Virus record (IMG/VR): IMGVR_UViG_3300003155_000137 | Location: 110,629 to 137,417 of that record | Length of the DNA: 26,789 bases | Origin: a virus | Taxonomy: Duplodnaviria > Heunggongvirae > Uroviricota > Caudoviricetes | Reading direction: 5' to 3' (one strand) | Shown: positions 17,029 through 22,215 of the stretch, piece after piece | Layout of the letters: every line of letters begins with the position of its first letter | Numbering within the stretch: the first letter of the stretch is position 1 | The notes under the pieces: model-generated | The model's input: the letters and a program-made list of their open reading frames with translations, nothing else | What the model was told of the DNA's origin: nothing | Databases searched by the model: none | Translations under genes and position numbers: made by a program

Positions 17029-17358
17029 TCACCTTCTTTCGTCAATTGGAGTGTGGCGATCTAGCGCGGCGTCGATTACCTTCCAAGCATCGACCACGAA
17101 GACGCCGCGCTCCCACGGGGCGTGCGCGTCTCAGACATCATCAACGTCCTTCCGCGTGGGAGGGGTGTTGGCGAAGTTGGCGCTATTCGCCATGAGCTGC
17201 TTGGCCGCGCGGATTGCTGGCTCAGGAGCGCAATGCAGAACGTGCTCGTAGTAGTATCTGACATAGGCGTATCGGTTGCCGCAGGAGCACCCGATCGTCC
17301 CTATCCCGTGGTCGTGTGTCTGCTCGTGGCAGAACTTCGGGATGTCGATGTCCACCAT
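17029..17358 (-). pseudogene. Hypothetical gene interrupted by an in-frame TGA at 17131-17133 (nonsense change or readthrough)
   Basis: AAGGAGG RBS and ATG at 17358. The frame continues 33 codons past the TGA to a stop 1 nt before the phosphoesterase ATG. Confidence 0.5.
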
Positions 17359-17392
17359 TACCTCCTTGTCCAACATCCTTTTGACGCCTACT

Positions 17393-17424
17393 AGTATAAG
17401 GTAGCGCCGGTGGAACGCAAAATC
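17393..17424 (-). promoter_or_regulatory. Promoter GATTTTGCG-N17-TATACT for the RNA-repair operon
   Basis: Same -35 region and spacing as the motif at 21376..21407. Confidence 0.55.
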
Positions 17425-17433
17425 GACGGCGAG

Positions 17434-17769
17434 TCACCACACCGCGATCTCGCACAGGAACGTCCCCCAGCATCCCGTTTCGTGATGCAGAACACCGGTG
17501 TCACCCGATGTCGTCGTGAAACTCACGCGGACGATTGTGCAGTCGCCGCCATCATCGGGCAACTCCTCATCCCACGAGACGACCGACGCCGGTTCGTTGA
17601 CGGAATCGCCGACGACCTCGTGTCTCCATGCCCCATGCTCATGCGTATGCCGCCACTCCCTCTTCAGCCAGAGAAGAATCGCGTCGTCGATGAGCCTGTT
17701 GATGGTCCTGCGGTCATCCATCTCATTCCGCACCGTCTCTTCAATCTCCGCGATTTCGTCCTCAGTCAT
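17434..17769 (-). CDS. Hypothetical protein
   Basis: GAGGAGG RBS before the ATG at 17769 (MTEDEIAEIEE). Confidence 0.7.
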   Translation of the reverse strand: MTEDEIAEIEETVRNEMDDRRTINRLIDDAILLWLKREWRHTHEHGAWRHEVVGDSVNEPASVVSWDEELPDDGGDCTIVRVSFTTTSGDTGVLHHETGCWGTFLCEIAVW

Positions 17770-17890
17770 TCCTGACCTCCTCATTCTGCATCAATGCATC
17801 GTAAAGGCAGATGACGGCGGCAATGAGAAACACCATCGCCATGAAGATTGCGCCTCCTACACCGACTCCGGCAGCCTCAAGAACCCTCAT
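17762..17890 (-). CDS. 42-aa single-TM protein, below the ORF-track cutoff
   Basis: MRVLEAAGVGVGGAIFMAMVFLIAAVICLYDALMQNEEVRND. AGGTGG RBS. Overlaps the next start. Confidence 0.6.
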   Translation of the reverse strand: MRVLEAAGVGVGGAIFMAMVFLIAAVICLYDALMQNEEVRND

Positions 17891-17908
17891 GATTCACCAC
17901 CTGCCCAT

Positions 17909-18199
17909 TCAGTCGTCAAGGCCCCAGAATGAACGGAAATACGATTCATTCCAGCATTTGTCACATACATTGAACGCTTCGCCATCCACCTTAAGCCAAT
18001 GATGCCGCACCATACAATAGCCATATGTGTTCCCGCAGACGACGCACCTATATTTGCGATGCAGTGCCAGATTGACAGCGAGCTTTGCATCCTTCAACAT
18101 GTCCGATAGGAAGTTTCGCACACTCATCTCACGCCTCCACCCGATTCCGAAAATCGAATCCTCCGACGCGACACCACCACAGCCGACCTGCGATTGCAT
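17909..18199 (-). CDS. Small zinc-binding protein (CxxC...CxxC)
   Basis: CVVCG...CDKC. GGAGG RBSs support a start at 18199 or 18127. Confidence 0.6.
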   Translation of the reverse strand: MQSQVGCGGVASEDSIFGIGWRREMSVRNFLSDMLKDAKLAVNLALHRKYRCVVCGNTYGYCMVRHHWLKVDGEAFNVCDKCWNESYFRSFWGLDD

Positions 18200-18239
18200 T
18201 GTCACACCTCCCTGAGTCCATTGTCCGATGACAGCGTCA

Positions 18240-18268
18240 ATGATACCGTGAAAACGGTGCAATGACAA
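18240..18268 (-). promoter_or_regulatory. Promoter TTGTCA-N17-TATCAT with a palindrome in the spacer
   Basis: Near-consensus hexamers. ACCGT-GAAA-ACGGT at 18245-18258. Confidence 0.6.
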
Positions 18269-18385
18269 GCCGACCGGCGTTTCTATGGTTCAGCCACCGG
18301 TGGTATATAATTGTATGTGTAATCACAAACTTTCTATCCACCTCTTTGTGGAATCGCCACAGGGGGGGGGATTGGATGAATCGAT

Positions 18386-19015
18386 ATGCCCAGAAGAACC
18401 GCAGACGAGTTCAGCGAAGGCGGCATCCCGTTCGACTACCTGAGCGACGAAGCGAAAGAGAATGCCATCGAAAATGTCAGCAACGACGATGGCCTGTATG
18501 ACGTGGCGTCAATGACCATCGACGAGGATCTCGACTCGTTGAAGAGCGTGCTCGAATCGATCGGCGTGGAACTCAGGGACTACAACGTCGGATACCCCGG
18601 CACGTTCGCCACCATCCGCATCGACGACCGCACGGAGGACGACCTCATGTACCCCGACGCCACGACCAACCATCTCGCCGACATCCAGCACGCCGAGGAC
18701 GACGGGTATTGGATTGGCGTCGGGGTCAAGGAGGACTGGGACAAGCGCGTCCCCGAGCTCCAGGCGATGGTGGACGCCATCAACGCCAAACTCGATGGCT
18801 CCGACCCTGACGCTGAATGGCCATACTACGATGGCTTTGATGGCGAGACCCAGGAGCTGTACAACGCCTATGATGAGGCGGCGGGTGAGTGCGCCGACAG
18901 GGCCATCAGGGACATCAGCGACAACTACGACTACCTCACGACCAACGACGAGGCAATCAGGGAGTTCATCGAAGGCAGCGACTTCCTCTTCGACGAGGAC
19001 GGCAGCCTGATGTGA
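18386..19015 (+). CDS. Acidic protein with an MPRRTA leader; resembles a family seen in ICE/plasmid/phage early regions
   Basis: FDYLSDEAKENAIE and YDYLTTNDEAIREFIEGSDFLFDEDG recall the family often auto-annotated as 'antitoxin of toxin-antitoxin stability system' (recalled, not searched). Upstream TATAAT at 18306-18311. Confidence 0.75.
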   Translation: MPRRTADEFSEGGIPFDYLSDEAKENAIENVSNDDGLYDVASMTIDEDLDSLKSVLESIGVELRDYNVGYPGTFATIRIDDRTEDDLMYPDATTNHLADIQHAEDDGYWIGVGVKEDWDKRVPELQAMVDAINAKLDGSDPDAEWPYYDGFDGETQELYNAYDEAAGECADRAIRDISDNYDYLTTNDEAIREFIEGSDFLFDEDGSLM

Positions 19016-19149
19016 ACCATCATCATAAACGACAAACGGAACGACCCCATATCTTGACACTCCCGTGATTGAAATCACGAGATTCCTGCGAACTGGGCTT
19101 GCTTGGCTTCATGTTCCCATATAGTCAGAGGCTTCCCATGTTGAGCAGG

Positions 19150-20352
19150 CTACCCCCGATTGTCGGTCGGTTCTTTCACGTTATGAGTTGTTTGGCTTAT
19201 TCGCAATGCTTCGTCCCGGATGTTCAATGCGGCATTGACATCCCGGTCGTGCCATGCCCCGCAGTGTTCGCAGACCCATTCGCGCTCCGAGAGTCTCAGT
19301 CCCTCGTATTTGCGCCCGCAGTCGTGGCAGAGTCTGGAACTTGGGTAGAACCTGTCCACTTGGACGAACGTACGACCATACCATTCCGCCTTGTATGCGA
19401 GCTTGTCCATGAACCCTCGCCACCCGTCTCGTAGGATGGCATGGTTCATCACGCGCTTGCGTGACTGTCCGTTGCGCATCGGCTTGCCGTCCGCGTCGAG
19501 CTTCCTTCTCGCGCGTCGAGTCATGTTCCGCACCATCAGGGTCTCCATGCCGATGAATTGGTTCTCTTCTATCAGCCTGCGGGACGTCTGATGCTGGAAG
19601 TCCTCACGGTAGTGGCGCAGTCTCGCGTACGCCTTGGCGACGGCTTGTCTCTGCTTGCGGTAGTTGCTTGAGCCTTTCCTCCTTCGTGAGAGCTTCCGCT
19701 GCTCGCGTCTGACGTTCACCTCCAGTCGGCGCAGACGGTCGGGGTAGTCGATTTTCTCCCCGGTGGAGAGCGCGATGAAGTCCTTGACACCCACGTCGAT
19801 GCCGACCTGTCCTTCGACGGGTGGCTTGGGTTGGATGTCCACGTCGAACAGGAGCACGAGATAGTATGTCCGGTTCTCCCGTTTCACCGTCCAACTGGAT
19901 AGCGATTCGATCGGGTAGCGTAGCTTATCGCGTCTGCGAATGCGCACCGAGCCGAGCTTCCTGGACAGGGGATACCGGTTGCCTTCCATGCGGCGCATCG
20001 GCGCAGTGTTGCGGAACGACTGGACGTTGTCATGCCGGGATGCGAACCGGGGACGGTTGCGGGCGTACTCCGACTTGCGGAAGTACGCCGCCCGCGCTTT
20101 ACGGAAGTCCATGATGGCGTTGCTCAATGCGTTCGACGGAATCGGACTGTCTCTCAGCCATTCGTTCGCCCGCTTCATGTCCGTCACGTTCGGATAAACG
20201 GGTTTCGGATTGGTCTCCTTGTTGAACGTGTTGAACGCCTCGACCTGCTGGTTGTATGCGAAACGTCTATCCCCGAAGCATCGTTCCAACAGTGCCGCCT
20301 GCGTCTTCGAGGGCTTGAAGGGAATGCGTTGTGCGACCTTGCGAACCGTCAT
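19150..20352 (-). CDS. tnpB: RNA-guided endonuclease TnpB
   Basis: N-terminal HTH (KPSKTQAALLERCFG). RuvC residues present: GIDVG, GMETL, DRDVNAALNI. Zinc finger CHDCG/CEHCG. ATGA overlap with the tnpA stop. Confidence 0.92.
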   Translation of the reverse strand: MTVRKVAQRIPFKPSKTQAALLERCFGDRRFAYNQQVEAFNTFNKETNPKPVYPNVTDMKRANEWLRDSPIPSNALSNAIMDFRKARAAYFRKSEYARNRPRFASRHDNVQSFRNTAPMRRMEGNRYPLSRKLGSVRIRRRDKLRYPIESLSSWTVKRENRTYYLVLLFDVDIQPKPPVEGQVGIDVGVKDFIALSTGEKIDYPDRLRRLEVNVRREQRKLSRRRKGSSNYRKQRQAVAKAYARLRHYREDFQHQTSRRLIEENQFIGMETLMVRNMTRRARRKLDADGKPMRNGQSRKRVMNHAILRDGWRGFMDKLAYKAEWYGRTFVQVDRFYPSSRLCHDCGRKYEGLRLSEREWVCEHCGAWHDRDVNAALNIRDEALRISQTTHNVKEPTDNRG

Positions 20353-20468
20353 TCCGCGTCGCGCTCCTTTAACCGTTGTCCGTCGATGTACTTGGCGACC
20401 GCATCCTCCTTCGTCGTGCCGATGCTTTCCACGAAGTAGCTGGGAGACCAAAGGCACAAGGTCACGGC
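20349..20468 (-). pseudogene. tnpA: 3' remnant of IS200-type Y1 transposase
   Basis: LWSPSYFVESIGTTKEDAVAKYIDGQ is the typical TnpA C-terminus including the catalytic Tyr helix. An in-frame stop lies just upstream, and the HUH region is missing. Confidence 0.85.
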
Positions 20469-20507
20469 TCAGTGCCGTAGACCGATTCGTATTGTCGAAC
20501 CGGCCGG

Positions 20508-20592
20508 CGGATGGTGCAGGATTCGGACCTGCGGAACCTCTCGGTTCACCTGTTTTCAAGACAGGCGCGTTAGACCGCTCCGCCAACCATCC
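20508..20592 (-). tRNA. trnS: tRNA-Ser(UGA)
   Basis: Acceptor GGAUGGU/ACCAUCC, anticodon arm CCUGU-CUUGAAA-ACAGG, long variable arm GAACC-GAGA-GGUUC. CCA not encoded. Confidence 0.92.
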
Positions 20593-20869
20593 ATGCCTGA
20601 CTTTCTCTCCGGCCGCTCAGGCTACGACCCGCACGTACACCGGCTTCACATGATCCACCGGCGCGTGGAGAGTGGCGGGAGAGCGGATTGGGTTTTACCG
20701 CCAGCGTCGAGGACAACGGTGCCTGTCGTATGCACCCTCTGGACGTGCCATCCGTTCAGGCCGCTAAGCCAAAGTCCGCTAAGACCCGGATGCGCCTTAC
20801 CCCCACCGTTCCGACGGGGTATTCGGCCACTCCCATGACGATGGACGGGTCGTCACCCATCCACCATCG
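20593..20869 (-). ncRNA. Candidate structured ncRNA between tRNA-Arg(UCU) and tRNA-Ser
   Basis: Nested 9-bp helices and twin UUAGCG-loop hairpins. Wobble pairs work only on the minus strand. No credible ORF. Confidence 0.55.
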
Positions 20870-20942
20870 TGCCCCGAGCCGGACTCGAACCGGCAACACG
20901 CGGATTAGAAGTCCGCTGCTCTATCCGTTGAGCTACCGAGGC
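20870..20942 (-). tRNA. trnR: tRNA-Arg(UCU)
   Basis: Cloverleaf with GCGGA-CUUCUAA-UCCGC anticodon arm and T arm GCCGG-UUCGAGU-CCGGC. Confidence 0.93.
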
Positions 20943-20945
20943 AGT

Positions 20946-21109
20946 GACGGCTCCGCACCGGGATTCGCACCCGGACGGGCCTTCGATCCGTTTGCAGCAG
21001 GCGCCCATCGTGTGCATCCACGACGTGTCTCCTGTGTCAGCCCCTTCGGATGCGGTAGTGCTATAGTATGCCGCATCCTGGAATGACTTTTCCACCATAC
21101 GGAGCCGTC
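20946..21109 (-). ncRNA. Candidate tRNA-like ncRNA between the two tRNA-Arg genes
   Basis: 12-bp closing stem next to a CCGGG-UGCGAAU-CCCGG T-arm, plus internal hairpins. Confidence 0.55.
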
Positions 21110-21110
21110 G

Positions 21111-21183
21111 TGCCCACGAGAGGAATCGGACCTCCGACACCCGCTTTAGGAGAGCGGTGCTCTATCCACTGAGCTACGTGGGC
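21111..21183 (-). tRNA. trnR: tRNA-Arg(CCU)
   Basis: Cloverleaf with CCGCU-CUCCUAA-AGCGG anticodon arm. Confidence 0.92.
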
Positions 21184-21271
21184 AATGGGTGGTGGATTGA
21201 TGTCGAACCGCATCATCGAGTGTGGGCAAACGACCTGCTTGACGCGGACGAAGGCATCGCACCATCACCAG

Positions 21272-21345
21272 TGGGCTCGGCTGGGCTTGAACCAGCGACC
21301 TGCATTTTATAAGAATGCTGCTCTAACCTACTGAGCTACGAGCCC
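21272..21345 (-). tRNA. trnI: tRNA-Ile(UAU)
   Basis: GGGCUCG/CGAGCCC acceptor, A73, anticodon arm GCAUU-CUUAUAA-AAUGC. Confidence 0.9.
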
Positions 21346-21375
21346 GCATCGACCGTCCCCGGCCGACATCGGATT

Positions 21376-21407
21376 ATGTTACTACCGAATCGGCGAAGCG
21401 CAAAATC
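21376..21407 (-). promoter_or_regulatory. Promoter GATTTTGCG-N17-TAACAT for the tRNA operon
   Basis: About 30 nt upstream of tRNA-Ile. Same motif and spacing as 17393..17424. Confidence 0.55.
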
Positions 21408-21459
21408 ACCCGGCGTTTCCCGATTCGCCGGCTCCATGGATCATCCGACACCTCGCCGT

Positions 21460-22035
21460 TCATTCCACGCGCTTCCGCAACCTATCCATCACCGTGTGGT
21501 ATTCGGAGATGTCGTTGGCCAGACAGGTGGTGACGCGGTGGTCCGTTTCGAGTCGCTCGACCCCAAGCTCCAGACGCTCCGACATGAGCGACACCGTCGA
21601 CATGTCCAGTCTGCGATGCGAGGTGTGTGATTCAAGTTGCACTTCGGGCAGCTTCTCGGTGATCCACGACACGTCGAACTGCGGGTTCCTTCCGGCGATG
21701 CGAAGCTCGTCGAACATGGCGGACGCCGCATCGAGGTACTGGTTCATCTCGATGACCTCGCCCCTGATGATCGATGCGATCTCGCATCCGGGTTTGTCGG
21801 AGACGCACGCACAGAGCAGACCGTTGGTCGAGTGCATCCCGGCAATCGCGCCGAGCGTCGTCTCATTGACGTCCAGACTGGTGTGCGGAATCACCCAGCT
21901 CGCCACGTCTCCCTTGGCCGGATTGCCCAGCGAGTCGGTGACGCACATCCCGACCTCAAGCAGCTCCCCGTCACACGGGGCGATCGCGGTGGTCTCCACA
22001 TCCACCCACAGCAAACCGACATCATGCATGTCCAT
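21460..22035 (-). CDS. Oligoribonuclease (Orn)-like DEDDh exonuclease
   Basis: LLWVDVETT...LEVGMCVTD, AGRNPQFD and SHRRLDMSTV. GAAAGGA RBS before the ATG at 22035. Confidence 0.8.
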   Translation of the reverse strand: MDMHDVGLLWVDVETTAIAPCDGELLEVGMCVTDSLGNPAKGDVASWVIPHTSLDVNETTLGAIAGMHSTNGLLCACVSDKPGCEIASIIRGEVIEMNQYLDAASAMFDELRIAGRNPQFDVSWITEKLPEVQLESHTSHRRLDMSTVSLMSERLELGVERLETDHRVTTCLANDISEYHTVMDRLRKRVE

Positions 22036-22215
22036 CTGTCCTTTCCGTATCACCTGACGGACAACCATGTTAGCACCGTTCCGGACGCGACACGCCGGAG
22101 TGCCGAACGCCATCCCGGAACACCGTCTGGAGACTCGGTGCGGACGCCTGAATCAAACTAGAATTGATGGTGTATGCAGGCATGCCCAGATGCCATCACG
22201 ATTGGAGAACCACCT

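Larger units (their letters stand above)
19054..20494 (-). mobile_element. IS200/IS605-family element, non-autonomous (tnpA internally deleted)
   Basis: Right-end hairpin CTCGTGATTTCAATCACGGGAG followed by TGTCAA, ending at 19054. Left-end hairpin ACGGC-ACTGA-GCCGT near 20463-20477. The left boundary at 20494 is tentative. Confidence 0.75.

Noticed and set aside
20556-20558. UGA anticodon as a stop suppressor or sign of recoding
   Set aside because: Anticodon UGA reads the Ser codon UCA. Genes here end normally in TGA and TAG.
20353-20586. 478-aa extended TnpB starting at 20586
   Set aside because: The extension overlaps tRNA-Ser and the tnpA remnant. The ATGA coupling at 20352 is the standard start.
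20593-20869. RNase P RNA or cobalamin riboswitch identity for the long spacer
   Set aside because: Fragments such as GGTAAG, GGTAAAACCC and GAAAGTCAGG are similar, but they are in the wrong order and the P4 or B12-box partners are absent.
21037-21044. GGGGCTGA resembling a tmRNA 5' end
   Set aside because: No complementary CAGCUCC-ACCA 3' end follows the T-arm, there is no room for a tag reading frame, and the order does not fit a permuted tmRNA.
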